A stretch of DNA of 64,000 nt from an uncultured Muribaculaceae bacterium (GCA_964397485.1 CAYNHT010000002.1:73743-137742), one strand, 5' to 3'. Positions 30,015 through 40,702 are shown, counted from the first letter of the stretch. The notes: a model not told the origin generated them from the letters alone. Program-made: numbers and translations.

Positions 30015-30866
30015 TTATCTCTTTTTATTAAATGAACACCTTTGACATAATGATTCTATTTTTTTGTTTTTACTAAATTGTTCAAGTATATCTTTAACTC
30101 TTTTTTTATTTAATATTACATCTAGTGATTCTTTAAAAATATTACCTAAATCGATTATGCCCGAACTATCTAAACAGCACGGAACAACTGTTCCATCAGA
30201 TAAAATACCAATATGTGTCTTAAGACCATAACAACTACCTGATGTAGAAAAGTAAGAGTTGTGTAAACTTGGCCACTCGAATACTTTTCCTTTGCTTAAA
30301 TAAAGATTTTTTGTAAGTTTAATATCCTTTTTATCATTATTTAGATATTCGCTGTCCAATTTTAAATTTAAACTTCCTATTATTTCATTTAGCATCTCTT
30401 TGTTTTTTTCTTTTAAAATTTTATCATCTAAAGTCCAAAAACGATAACAAATTATTATATCTGTATTTTCTAAAATTATCTTTGTAGAGTTAACAATACT
30501 TTCTACATATTTATCCTCAACAAGACCATTTTTTTCAAAACTATGGAGAGATATATTTATTTGCCTTATGCTGTCATTAGTTTTTATTAAATCGATGTTT
30601 TTTTCTAATAAAGTTCCATTTGTTGTAATGTTGACAGATATATTGTATTTGCTACACATATTTAGAATATCATTTATTTTACTATGCATGAATGGTTCGC
30701 CTTTTATATGTAGACATATATATTTAGTATATGGTTTTATACTCCTTAAAACATGTTCAAATTCTTCTAATTTAAGTTCTCTTTTCTTTTTAATATCCTT
30801 TGAACAAAAAGAGCAATCCATATTACATATATTAGTAATTTCGATATATATTTTTTTAAAAGTCAT
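30015..30866 (-). CDS. radical SAM protein with SPASM/twitch domain
   Basis: CNMDCSFC, GEP, TTNG, C-terminal CYG..VVPCCLD..CQRC; AGGTGA RBS inside uvrB end. Confidence 0.9.
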   Translation of the reverse strand: MTFKKIYIEITNICNMDCSFCSKDIKKKRELKLEEFEHVLRSIKPYTKYICLHIKGEPFMHSKINDILNMCSKYNISVNITTNGTLLEKNIDLIKTNDSIRQINISLHSFEKNGLVEDKYVESIVNSTKIILENTDIIICYRFWTLDDKILKEKNKEMLNEIIGSLNLKLDSEYLNNDKKDIKLTKNLYLSKGKVFEWPSLHNSYFSTSGSCYGLKTHIGILSDGTVVPCCLDSSGIIDLGNIFKESLDVILNKKRVKDILEQFSKNKKIESLCQRCSFNKKR

Positions 30867-30867
30867 T

Positions 30868-32823
30868 TTATCTTTCACCTTTTAATTCCAACAATATATC
30901 CCTTAACTCCATTGCTCTTTCAAATTCTAAATTTTTAGCAGCTTCTTTCATTTCAACTTCTATACTCATTATTAAGTTATCTTTATCTTTTTTGCTTAAT
31001 ACAGTTGTTTCTTTTTCTTCTATCTCTTTATTGTTGGTTATGATACTTCTTATTTCTTTTATAATAGTTTTTGGAGTTATATTATTCTTAATATTATATT
31101 CTTCTTGTATTTGTCTTCTTCTTTTTGTCTCGTTTATTGCCTTTTTCATTGCATCACTTATTTTATCGGCATACATAATTACATGACCGTTTTCATTTCT
31201 AGCTGCTCTACCTATAGTTTGAATTAGACTTCGATCACTCCTTAAAAATCCTTGCTTATCAGCATCCATTATGGCAATAAGGCTGACTTCTGGTATATCT
31301 ATTCCTTCTCTTAATAAGTTAATTCCTACTAACACATCATATTTTCCTGTTCTTAGGTCTCTTATTATTTTTAATCTTTCAAGTGTCTTTATTTCACTAT
31401 GCAAATAAGCCACTTTTATATCTATTTTTTTTAAATAAGTAGTCAATTCTTCTGCCATTCTTATTGTTAAAGTTGTAATTAAAACCCTTTCATTTTTTAA
31501 AATTCTATCATTAATTACGTCTATTAAGTCATCGATTTGTCCCTTAGTAGGTTTTATTTCTATTGTTGGATCAAGTAGCCCTGTTGGTCTTATAATTTGC
31601 TCAATAACTTTATTTTTACCTTTTTCCAATTCATAATCACCAGGAGTTGCAGAAACATAGACCACTTGCTTCATCTTTTTTTCAAATTCTATAAATTTTA
31701 AAGGTCTATTATCTAAAGCACTTGGTAATCTAAAACCATAGTTTACCAACACTTCTTTCCGTGCTTTATCTCCATTATACATCCCCCTAACTTGCGGAAT
31801 GGTGACATGAGACTCATCAATTATCATTAAAAATTCGTCCCCAAAAAAGTCTATTAAGGTAGTTGGGGTTTCGCCTTCTTTTTTCAACGCAATATGTCTT
31901 GAGTAATTTTCTACTCCTCTGCAAAACCCCGTTTCTGACAACATTTCTAAATCATAATTGGTTCTTTCCATTAATCTTTGATGCTCTAGTAATTTATTTT
32001 CTTTCTTAAATTTTTCTAATTGTATTTCTAATTCTTCTTTTATATTTTTAATAGCTATTTTCAATTTGTCTTCACTGGTTACAAAGTGACTTGCTGGAAA
32101 TATGCTTATTGAATTTTTATTAGATATTATAGTTCCAGTTAATGTATCAAACTCACTTATCTTTTCTATTTCATCTCCAAAAAAATCTATTTTTATGCCC
32201 TTACCATGTTGGTTAATAGGCATAATTTCTAAAACATCTCCACGAGCACGGAAACTTCCCCTTTTTAAATCATAGTTGTTTCTTTCGTATAACATTTCTA
32301 CAAGTTTTTGCATTACATCATTACGATCTATTATATCTCCAATTGTTAGAGTTAACATTTTGTTTTTATATTCTTCTATTTCTCCAATACCATAAATACA
32401 CGAAACAGATGCTACCACAATAACATCTTTTCTATTTAGTAGAGATGATGTTGCAGCGTGCCTCAACTCGTCTATTTCGTCATTTATAGATGCATCTTTT
32501 TCAATATATGTATCTGTTTTAGCTACATATGCCTCAGGTTGATAATAATCATAATATGATACAAAATATTCAACTCTGTTATTTGGAAAAAGTTCTTTAA
32601 GTTCCGAATAAAGTTGTCCTGCAAGTGTTTTGTTGTGAGCTAGAACAAGAGTCGGCTTTTTTACTTGTTTTATTACATTTGCAATAGTAAATGTTTTTCC
32701 AGTTCCGGTTGCTCCTAATAAAACTTGTTCCTTACACCCGTTTTTTATATTTTCAACTAATTTATTTATTGCCTGTGGCTGATCTCCACTAGGTTTGTAC
32801 TTTGATACTAATTCAAAATCCAT
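30868..32823 (-). CDS. uvrB: excinuclease ABC subunit B
   Basis: [50 protein letters not shown]. Confidence 0.97.
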   Translation of the reverse strand: MDFELVSKYKPSGDQPQAINKLVENIKNGCKEQVLLGATGTGKTFTIANVIKQVKKPTLVLAHNKTLAGQLYSELKELFPNNRVEYFVSYYDYYQPEAYVAKTDTYIEKDASINDEIDELRHAATSSLLNRKDVIVVASVSCIYGIGEIEEYKNKMLTLTIGDIIDRNDVMQKLVEMLYERNNYDLKRGSFRARGDVLEIMPINQHGKGIKIDFFGDEIEKISEFDTLTGTIISNKNSISIFPASHFVTSEDKLKIAIKNIKEELEIQLEKFKKENKLLEHQRLMERTNYDLEMLSETGFCRGVENYSRHIALKKEGETPTTLIDFFGDEFLMIIDESHVTIPQVRGMYNGDKARKEVLVNYGFRLPSALDNRPLKFIEFEKKMKQVVYVSATPGDYELEKGKNKVIEQIIRPTGLLDPTIEIKPTKGQIDDLIDVINDRILKNERVLITTLTIRMAEELTTYLKKIDIKVAYLHSEIKTLERLKIIRDLRTGKYDVLVGINLLREGIDIPEVSLIAIMDADKQGFLRSDRSLIQTIGRAARNENGHVIMYADKISDAMKKAINETKRRRQIQEEYNIKNNITPKTIIKEIRSIITNNKEIEEKETTVLSKKDKDNLIMSIEVEMKEAAKNLEFERAMELRDILLELKGER

Positions 32824-32895
32824 TTTTATCACCATGCTTATTTTAACATCTTTACTTTTTTTATACAAGAAAAAGCAAGTATTAACTACTTACTT

Positions 32896-34413
32896 TTAAT
32901 TTTTTTTCTCAATTTTAAATATAACTTGATATGTATCCTCAAAATCCAGTTCTTCTGTATCTATAATATATCCATATTTTTCAATTGTCTCAGCACAGTT
33001 ACGAATAGTATTTATAACAGTTTTTAAATCACCGGCCATGTATGTGCTTGATTGTGCAGGTTTTTCTAGGTCTAATTCTGGAATCGAATCTTCTAAAGGA
33101 TCGTATAAGTTAGTTTGTGAATTATCACTATCATCATCAAATTTTATTTCGTCTATAAAATCATCAATCTTAATTTCTTCTAACTCTGGAATCACTTCTT
33201 GTTTTGGTTCATCAACAACATTTGTAAGTTGACTATCAAAATTGTAATCAAAACTATCAATTATTGATTTATCTTCTTTTTTCTCATCATTATTTATGAA
33301 ATTATTTGCTGATGATTGATTAAAGCTATTATCAAATTCATTATTTACAAATGAATCTGTAGTAAATACATCAATCTTATCTTCTTGAATCGGTTTTTCT
33401 TCAACTATATCATCATCCATATTGAAAAATTTACTTGGATGTATAATAAATTCATCAGGGTTATGGTTTTCTACTGTCTCTACTATAGGTTGGTAATTTA
33501 CATTATTGTCTTTTTTTGTTTCAAGTAAGTCGTTAATATTAGCAGCTGGTTTTTCAACATAGATATCTTCAGCGTTTTTTTCAATATTATCAATATCCAT
33601 AAATCCTGGATTTACATAATTATTACTAATTTGTGTTTTATTATCTTCCGCTATTGTATTAATGTCCTGAGAAATAGTTTCCATTTCAACATCATCAATA
33701 ATTGGTTCTGATGGAATATTAAAAATATCATTATTCATATTATTATTCATTTTGTCTTCCTTTTGGTCGTCGACAAATATTTCATTATTAGTTTCTTCCA
33801 CATCTGTTCCTTTTAACATATTATCTATTGCTTCATCTGTTTTTCTTACTGTCAATCTATCTTCAATTATCTTCTTCAACATTTCCCGTTGTTGATTACC
33901 ATTACTGATTTTTAACAGAGACCTTGCATGTCTTTCTGATATTTTCTTATTTAATAAAGCTTCTTGTACATCATCATCTAGATTTAATAATCTTAATTTA
34001 TTTGCTATTGTTGATTGATTTCGATCAAGTTTGTTTGCTAATTCTTCTTGAGTCAAATACCCCATATCTAATATTTTCCTATATGAAACAGCTTCTTCAA
34101 TTGGTGTTAAATCTTGTCTTTGTACGTTTTCAATCAAAGCAACTTCTGCACTCTCTTTATCATCTAGATCTGTTATTATAGCTGGAATAGTATTTTTTCC
34201 CGCTATAACACTAGCCTTATAACGCCTTTCACCAGCTATTATTTCATACTTGTCACCAATTTTTCGGACAATAATTGGTTGGATAACTCCATGTTCCTTA
34301 ATAGATTCAGATAATTCATTTATTGCTTGTTCCTCAAATTTAATTCTTGGTTGAAATCTGTTAGGTAATATATCATCTAAATTTAATTCTAAAACCTTTT
34401 TTTCCATTTCCAT
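32896..34413 (-). CDS. noc: nucleoid occlusion protein Noc (ParB family) with long acidic insertion
   Basis: GERRY CTPase motif; Noc-type HTH QSTIANKLRLL..ERHAR; C-terminal DLKTVINTIR..IEK resembles the Noc dimerisation domain; follows rsmG. Confidence 0.82.
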   Translation of the reverse strand: MEMEKKVLELNLDDILPNRFQPRIKFEEQAINELSESIKEHGVIQPIIVRKIGDKYEIIAGERRYKASVIAGKNTIPAIITDLDDKESAEVALIENVQRQDLTPIEEAVSYRKILDMGYLTQEELANKLDRNQSTIANKLRLLNLDDDVQEALLNKKISERHARSLLKISNGNQQREMLKKIIEDRLTVRKTDEAIDNMLKGTDVEETNNEIFVDDQKEDKMNNNMNNDIFNIPSEPIIDDVEMETISQDINTIAEDNKTQISNNYVNPGFMDIDNIEKNAEDIYVEKPAANINDLLETKKDNNVNYQPIVETVENHNPDEFIIHPSKFFNMDDDIVEEKPIQEDKIDVFTTDSFVNNEFDNSFNQSSANNFINNDEKKEDKSIIDSFDYNFDSQLTNVVDEPKQEVIPELEEIKIDDFIDEIKFDDDSDNSQTNLYDPLEDSIPELDLEKPAQSSTYMAGDLKTVINTIRNCAETIEKYGYIIDTEELDFEDTYQVIFKIEKKN

Positions 34414-34454
34414 TATATATCCCCTCCTTTATTCTCTAATATATATACTACTAT

Positions 34455-34499
34455 ATTTTGGGAAATAATTCAATCTTTTTTTAAATTATTTCCCAAAAT
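34455..34499. repeat. 16-bp perfect inverted repeat over the noc promoter
   Basis: ATTTTGGGAAATAATT-N13-AATTATTTCCCAAAAT; overlaps TTGAAT-N17-TAGTAT on minus strand. Confidence 0.8.
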
Positions 34500-34515
34500 T
34501 ATAAAAAGAAGAATC

Positions 34516-35220
34516 CTATAACGGGTTCTTCTTTATTTCACTATATCTTCTTGGATATTTTTTATTTGTCTTTGATATTTTTTTAATTCTAATTATTGTT
34601 CTTTTGCTATCTTCTTTTGGTAATAAAAATTCTTGACTATCTATTATCGTTGAATTTAATACTTTTAAAGCCTCTAAGCTGCCATCTATTTCCTGGGAAA
34701 TGTTTCCTTTCATAGGAATGAAGTATTTATTTATTTTTACTAAAGGTATGCAATATTCCAGTAAAATATTTAAAGGTGCAACGGCTCTTGCTGTAACTAT
34801 ATCGTATTTTTCCCGATTTTTAAGAGCAAACTCCTCTATTCTCGCATGTACAGCACTTATTTTTTCTAATTTTAGATTTTCAATTACAATATTTAGAAAA
34901 TTAATTCTTTTATTTAGAGAATCCACTAACGTAACCTCTAATTCAGGAAATAATATTTTTATTATTATACCAGGAAAACCAGCCCCAGTTCCTACATCAC
35001 AAAGATTGGTATTATTTTTAAAATCTATGTACTTACATAAAGTTGCGCTATCATAGAAATGTTTTAGATATACCTGTTCCTTTTCGGTTATTGCCGTTAA
35101 ATTTATCTTTTCATTCCACTCTACCAACAATTCATAATACTTTTTTAATTGATCAAGTTGATATTGATTGATTTTTATTTGTATTTTATCTAATTCATTA
35201 ATAAATTCTTTTTCATTCAT
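34516..35220 (-). CDS. rsmG: 16S rRNA m7G527 methyltransferase
   Basis: WNEKINLTAI, KHFYDS, DVGTGAGFPG, TARAVA. Confidence 0.96.
   Translation of the reverse strand: MNEKEFINELDKIQIKINQYQLDQLKKYYELLVEWNEKINLTAITEKEQVYLKHFYDSATLCKYIDFKNNTNLCDVGTGAGFPGIIIKILFPELEVTLVDSLNKRINFLNIVIENLKLEKISAVHARIEEFALKNREKYDIVTARAVAPLNILLEYCIPLVKINKYFIPMKGNISQEIDGSLEALKVLNSTIIDSQEFLLPKEDSKRTIIRIKKISKTNKKYPRRYSEIKKNPL
34688..34701. promoter_or_regulatory. Noc-binding site (1 mismatch) inside rsmG
   Basis: ATTTCCTGGGAAAT vs consensus ATTTCCCGGGAAAT. Confidence 0.65.
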
Positions 35221-37081
35221 AATATCTTTCCTTTTTTAAATGCACCATTAGTATAGATATGTCAGCAGGGTTTACACCACTTATTCGTAAGGCTTGTCCA
35301 ATAGATGTTGGTCTTATTTCTTTTAATTTTTGTCTTGCTTCACTTGCTATATTGTGAATTTTATCATAATCAATATCCTCGGGAATTGTTTTATTTTCTA
35401 AATGAAGCATTTTTGTTGCTTCTTTTTTAGATTTAGCTATATAACCCTCATATTTATTATTTATTTCTACCTGTTCTATTATTTCATCATCATAATTAAT
35501 ATCAGTAAATTTTCTTAAATGCTCTATTTTTATTTTTGGTCTTTTTAATAGATCATATAATGTTGTTACATCTTTTAAAACAGCTGAATTTAAACTAATT
35601 AAATAATCATTAACTTCTTTTTTGGGGGTTAATTTTATTTTTTTCAAGTGCGATTCCAATTCCTTTATTTTATTTTCTTTTATTATTAATTTGTTATACC
35701 TTTCCTCATCTATTAACCCGATTTCATAACCATATTTTCTTAAGCGAAGATCTGCATTATCATGTCTTAACAATAACCTATATTCAGCACGTGATGTTAA
35801 TAATCTATAGGGATCTCTTACCCCTTTAGTTACTAAATCATCAATAAGTACCCCTATATATCCATCACTTCTTTTTAAAACAAAAGGTTCTTTTCCTTCT
35901 AATTTTAATGAAGCATTAATTCCAGCTATTAAACCTTGGCATGCTGCTTCTTCATAACCACTCGTCCCATTAATTTGACCAGCAGTATACAAATTTTCAA
36001 TTATTTTTGTCTCTAGAGTTTGTTTTAGTTGGGTAGGATATATTGCATCGTATTCAATTGCATATGCGTATTTTATTATTTTTGCATTTTCTAATCCTTC
36101 TATGCTACGAACCATTTGTTCTTGAATATCATGTGGCATACTAGTTGAAAATCCTTGAATATAAAAATCATCATAAAATAAACTCTCTGGTTCTAAAAAA
36201 AGCTGATGCCTTTCTTTATCACAAAATCTAACAACTTTATCTTCGATAGAAGGACAGTATCTTGGTCCTACTCCCTGTATGTCATCCAATCCTCCATACA
36301 TGCTAGATTTACTTAGGTTATTTTTTATTATTTCATGGGTATTTTCATTTGTATATACTAAGTAACATGGTACTTGATCTTCTATTTTATACGTTGGTTT
36401 ATTATCAAAGCTGAATGTGTATAGAACATCATCCCCTTTTTCTATTTTTGTTTTTGCAAAATTAATACTATTTTTATCAATTCGTTGTGGGGTTCCCGTT
36501 TTTAATCTAATTATTTTAAATCCTAGATTTGCTAAATTATCACTTAAATAATGACTTGGTTTTTGATCATTTGGACCACTTCTTCTTCTAGTATCACCTA
36601 CCATGATGTCAGATTTTAAATAGGTTCCTGTTGTTAATATTACTATATCGCTATATATTATTTCATCCGTTTCTAATTTAACACCTTTAATTTTTTCGCT
36701 TTCAATTATTAAATCTTCGACTATTGATTCTTTTATATCTAAATTTTCTTGTTTTTGAAGTGTTTTCAGCATTTCCTTTGGATACGTTTTTTTATCTGCT
36801 TGGGCTCTTAAAGCTTGAACAGCGGGACCTTTTTTATTATTTAACATTTTTATCTGAATTTGAGATTTGTCAGCAGTTTTTCCCATTTCTCCGCCTAATG
36901 CGTCTATTTCCCTTACAACAATTCCTTTTGCACTACCTCCTATTGAAGGGTTACAGGGCATATCAGCTATATTATTTATGTTTCCAGTTATCAGCAGCGT
37001 TTTATGTTTTTTCCTAGCTGAAGCTAACGCTGCTTCACATCCCGCATGTCCACCACCTACCACAATTATTTCATATTTCAT
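35213..37081 (-). CDS. mnmG: tRNA uridine-34 modification enzyme MnmG/GidA
   Basis: GGGHAGCEAA, CNPSIGG, RLKTGTP, GPRYCPSIEDK, AGQINGTSGYEEAA. Confidence 0.97.
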   Translation of the reverse strand: MKYEIIVVGGGHAGCEAALASARKKHKTLLITGNINNIADMPCNPSIGGSAKGIVVREIDALGGEMGKTADKSQIQIKMLNNKKGPAVQALRAQADKKTYPKEMLKTLQKQENLDIKESIVEDLIIESEKIKGVKLETDEIIYSDIVILTTGTYLKSDIMVGDTRRRSGPNDQKPSHYLSDNLANLGFKIIRLKTGTPQRIDKNSINFAKTKIEKGDDVLYTFSFDNKPTYKIEDQVPCYLVYTNENTHEIIKNNLSKSSMYGGLDDIQGVGPRYCPSIEDKVVRFCDKERHQLFLEPESLFYDDFYIQGFSTSMPHDIQEQMVRSIEGLENAKIIKYAYAIEYDAIYPTQLKQTLETKIIENLYTAGQINGTSGYEEAACQGLIAGINASLKLEGKEPFVLKRSDGYIGVLIDDLVTKGVRDPYRLLTSRAEYRLLLRHDNADLRLRKYGYEIGLIDEERYNKLIIKENKIKELESHLKKIKLTPKKEVNDYLISLNSAVLKDVTTLYDLLKRPKIKIEHLRKFTDINYDDEIIEQVEINNKYEGYIAKSKKEATKMLHLENKTIPEDIDYDKIHNIASEARQKLKEIRPTSIGQALRISGVNPADISILMVHLKKERYYE

Positions 37082-37197
37082 TTTAAACACCTCTTTTGCA
37101 TTATTATTATACTAGATTATTGATTTTAAAACAACATCTTTTTATTAGTAAAAACAGGTGTGTTTTTACCTGTTTTACCACTATGTATATTAAATTT

Positions 37198-38553
37198 TTA
37201 TTTACCTAGACAAAATTGACTAAATAATTGATCTATTAATTCTTCTTCATAAGTTTCACCTGTTATTTCGCCTAATAACGTCCATACATATTTTATATCT
37301 ATTTCAATCATATCTATAGGACTATTCTTTATCATTTCCCTATCTATTTCTTCAATTGTATTTAAACATTTTTTTAATATTGATATACTCCTTGCATTAG
37401 TTAAATAAGTTAGATCTTTAGTGGTTATTTGCTCTAAATTAAAAATTTCTTTTATCTTCTTTTTTAATTCATTAACCCCTCTATCATTTATTACACTCAT
37501 ATAAATAATGTTTTCACCATCTAGTATTGAAGTATCAAGTTTACTTTCTAAATCTATTTTATTAATTATTGTTATATAATTTTTATTTTTTATTTTTGAA
37601 AGTATTTCTTTATCTTCATTAGTTAATTCTTGATTGTTGTTTAATACCAATAATATTAAATCCGCTTTTTCTATCAATTCTAAACTTTTAGTAACTCCAA
37701 TTTTTTCAACTACATCTTGGGTTTGTCTTATTCCTGCAGTATCTATAATATTTAAAATTACGCCATCAAGATTTAGTGTACCTTCAACAGTATCTCTTGT
37801 TGTCCCTTCAATATCAGTCACTATTGCTTTTTCTTCATCTATTAATTTATTTAATATACTACTTTTACCAACATTTGGTCTTCCAACTATTGCTGTTTTT
37901 ATACCTTCTTTTATTAATTTTCCGTTTTCACTTTCATTTAAAATATTTCTTATACTTTCTTTTATTAACTGAATTTTAGGGTTCAACAAATTAACTGTCA
38001 ATTCTTCTATATCCTCATATTCAGGATAATCAATATTAACTTCTATATTGGCTAAAATTTCTATTATTTGTTGTCTTAAATCTCTTATTAACTTAGAAAT
38101 TTTTCCTTCTACTTGATTCATAGCCAAATTTCTTGCTTGATCAGTTTTAGCATTTATTAAGTCAATTATTCCTTCAGCTTCTATTAAGTCAATTCTTCCG
38201 TTTAGAAAAGCTCTTTTTGTAAACTCTCCTGGTTCCGCCAATCTACAACCATTGCTTAATAATAATTCTAATACTTTATTGGTTGTTGCTATTCCACCAT
38301 GACAATTTATTTCAACAATATCTTCCATTGTAAATGTTTTCGGACTTTTCATGACTGATATTAAAACTTCATCAATTATTTTCTCTTTGTCAATTATATG
38401 TCCATAATTTATTGTATGAGTGGGAACTTCATTTAAATTAGTTCCTTTAAATATTTTATTTACTATTTCTATCGATTCATTTCCACTTACTCTAATTATT
38501 GATATTGCTCCAACTCCAAGAGCTGTTGAGATAGCTACTATTGTATCATTCAT
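37198..38553 (-). CDS. mnmE: tRNA modification GTPase MnmE/TrmE
   Basis: DTIVAIST, PGEFTKRAFLNG, GRPNVGKSS, DTAGIR, FSQFCLGK. Confidence 0.97.
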   Translation of the reverse strand: MNDTIVAISTALGVGAISIIRVSGNESIEIVNKIFKGTNLNEVPTHTINYGHIIDKEKIIDEVLISVMKSPKTFTMEDIVEINCHGGIATTNKVLELLLSNGCRLAEPGEFTKRAFLNGRIDLIEAEGIIDLINAKTDQARNLAMNQVEGKISKLIRDLRQQIIEILANIEVNIDYPEYEDIEELTVNLLNPKIQLIKESIRNILNESENGKLIKEGIKTAIVGRPNVGKSSILNKLIDEEKAIVTDIEGTTRDTVEGTLNLDGVILNIIDTAGIRQTQDVVEKIGVTKSLELIEKADLILLVLNNNQELTNEDKEILSKIKNKNYITIINKIDLESKLDTSILDGENIIYMSVINDRGVNELKKKIKEIFNLEQITTKDLTYLTNARSISILKKCLNTIEEIDREMIKNSPIDMIEIDIKYVWTLLGEITGETYEEELIDQLFSQFCLGK

Positions 38554-38557
38554 ATTA

Positions 38558-39079
38558 TCACCCACTTTTCTTAACTGTTATAAATTTTGGTAGTTTTTTA
38601 ATTCCAATATACTTTGGTATTTGCTTAGGATCCTTAAATATATCTAATGATACATATTTATCACATAATGTTACAATCCAACTTTCTAGATAACTAGGGG
38701 GCAATACATTTAAAGGAAACATATGCTTTTTAATTATATCCTCTACTTTATTATTCATCAATTCAGGAAAATAAATACGAGAATTTTTCAAAGCCTGATT
38801 TGCATGTATAAATCCATGTCCTCTTAATATGTTTTTGTTTTTTCTTTCCACTAAATTCCCTTCAATTTGCCATGGCTCATCATAAAAATCATGTAATAAA
38901 CTCCCGATTGCTACGCTGTAAGAGTCTAATCTAAAAAATTTTGCTATTTTGTAAGCTAAAATCGATACTTTTATAGAATGACTATAAACCGAATCATTTT
39001 CATGGTGTTGGTATAATTTTCTTTTTTTGAATTCTTCACAATTTAATATTGGTGATACATAATGATAATATTCATTCAT
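38558..39079 (-). CDS. HD-domain metal-dependent phosphohydrolase
   Basis: HS..VS, LLHDF, HGFIH, KHMFP, CDK. Confidence 0.85.
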   Translation of the reverse strand: MNEYYHYVSPILNCEEFKKRKLYQHHENDSVYSHSIKVSILAYKIAKFFRLDSYSVAIGSLLHDFYDEPWQIEGNLVERKNKNILRGHGFIHANQALKNSRIYFPELMNNKVEDIIKKHMFPLNVLPPSYLESWIVTLCDKYVSLDIFKDPKQIPKYIGIKKLPKFITVKKSG

Positions 39080-39168
39080 TTTTTTTCCTCTCATTTAACC
39101 ACCACTTTCTTATTAATTTTACATTATTTGCACTCTATAGTCAATAAAAAAAGTTGCTCATGCAACCT

Positions 39169-39780
39169 TTAATCATTATATTTTATAATTACATAACGTT
39201 CTGGATTTTCTCCTTGACTTTCAGTGGAAAGTTCTTTATATTCACTAACAATAGTGTGAACTAATCTTCTCTCATATGAATTCATAGGATCTAATTTAGC
39301 TTCTATTTTACTATTCAATACTTCTTTAACAATTTTTCTTACTTCATATTCTATATTTTTTATTTTTTTGTTCTTGTAATTCGCAACATCTATATTAAGT
39401 TTAATGTTAAAATCTGTATTAACTTTAATTGCTTGTTTTAAAACCATTTGTAATGAATTTAAAGTACGACCTTCTTTTCCTATTATAATAGAATTATTGG
39501 AAGTTACTAATACAACCACTATTACATCATCTTTCTCTTTTACCTCGCTTTTAATATCTATATTCATCATTTTTGATACTTCATTGAAATAATTTTTTAC
39601 GAATTTTATAACATCATCTTTTTTTATAGCGGTAATTTCAAATTTCTTGCTTTTAAATAATTTCCCTTCAATTTCTCTTTCTTTATAATATATATTGTCA
39701 ATACTTCTATCTAATTTAGTCAAACACTTCTTTAATGCCTCATCTTTAGTTTTCTCTTCAAATTTAACTATTTCTACCAT
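39169..39780 (-). CDS. jag: RNA-binding protein Jag/KhpB/EloR
   Basis: IIGKEGRTLNSLQ (KH) and PMNSYERRLVH (R3H). Confidence 0.93.
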   Translation of the reverse strand: MVEIVKFEEKTKDEALKKCLTKLDRSIDNIYYKEREIEGKLFKSKKFEITAIKKDDVIKFVKNYFNEVSKMMNIDIKSEVKEKDDVIVVVLVTSNNSIIIGKEGRTLNSLQMVLKQAIKVNTDFNIKLNIDVANYKNKKIKNIEYEVRKIVKEVLNSKIEAKLDPMNSYERRLVHTIVSEYKELSTESQGENPERYVIIKYND

Positions 39781-40702
39781 TTGCTTTTCTCCTTTTCACC
39801 AATAAGTTTTGGATAATTGTAAAGGTACTATTAAATATCCAATATAATCCTATTCCTGTTGGTAAACTGAAAGATGCAATTGAAATAAATACAATCATTA
39901 TGTTTGTCATCATCTTCATTTGTTTCTCTTGATCTTTACTCATTGATGCAACACTATTTAATTTAAATGAATAATAAGTAGCACCTATAACTAAAATTAT
40001 AAAAATAATGTAATAATAATTTCCATTAGAAATCGCTTTCATAGGATTAGTTCCTAATTGAAATAAACCTAAAAAGGTTTCTTCGAATAATACTGGAAGT
40101 CTATTTATTGCCTCGTAAAATGCAAAGAATAAAGGTATTTGAATAAATGAAAATAAGCAACCAGACATTGGATTTATATTATGCTTTTTATATATTTGTA
40201 GCATTTCTTGACTTTTTTGCATCATACTCTCTTGATCTTGTCGTCCTTTATATTTTTGCTCTAATTTATCTATTTCTGGGCGGGCTATTTTCATATTTTC
40301 AGATTGAACAGCTGTCTTTTTTGTTATTGGAATTGCTATTGTTCTTAATAATAATGTAACAATTATTATAGCTATTCCGTAACTATTAAAGAAATTTCCA
40401 ACCTTTACTATAAGCCATGCCAATGGTTTTACAAATACTGTTGTCCATATACCTTCATAACCACCATCACTTACTTTAAATTCGCTACATTGTGGTAATT
40501 TACTTATATCAATTTTGTTTTGCTCGTATATTTTTTTTATATCTTCAGATTCGGGGCGACATAATATGTTTTCTGTTAGATTTTGTCCTGTTTCTTTATT
40601 TTGTATTGCTTTTCCTTCATCATCTTTTAATATTTTTGTACAACCAGTTAATCCTAAAACTAAAACAAGAAGTACGAGTAGTTGTATTTTTCTCTTATTC
40701 AT
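39764..40702 (-). CDS. yidC: membrane protein insertase YidC/SpoIIIJ (lipoprotein)
   Basis: lipobox LTGC, YGIAII.VT, NPMSGC..IQIP, GLYWIF. Confidence 0.93.
   Translation of the reverse strand: MNKRKIQLLVLLVLVLGLTGCTKILKDDEGKAIQNKETGQNLTENILCRPESEDIKKIYEQNKIDISKLPQCSEFKVSDGGYEGIWTTVFVKPLAWLIVKVGNFFNSYGIAIIIVTLLLRTIAIPITKKTAVQSENMKIARPEIDKLEQKYKGRQDQESMMQKSQEMLQIYKKHNINPMSGCLFSFIQIPLFFAFYEAINRLPVLFEETFLGLFQLGTNPMKAISNGNYYYIIFIILVIGATYYSFKLNSVASMSKDQEKQMKMMTNIMIVFISIASFSLPTGIGLYWIFNSTFTIIQNLLVKRRKANGRNS

Noticed and set aside
32896-34413. Calling the ParB-family gene spo0J
   Set aside because: Recognition helix and C-terminal domain are Noc-type, and no parA precedes it
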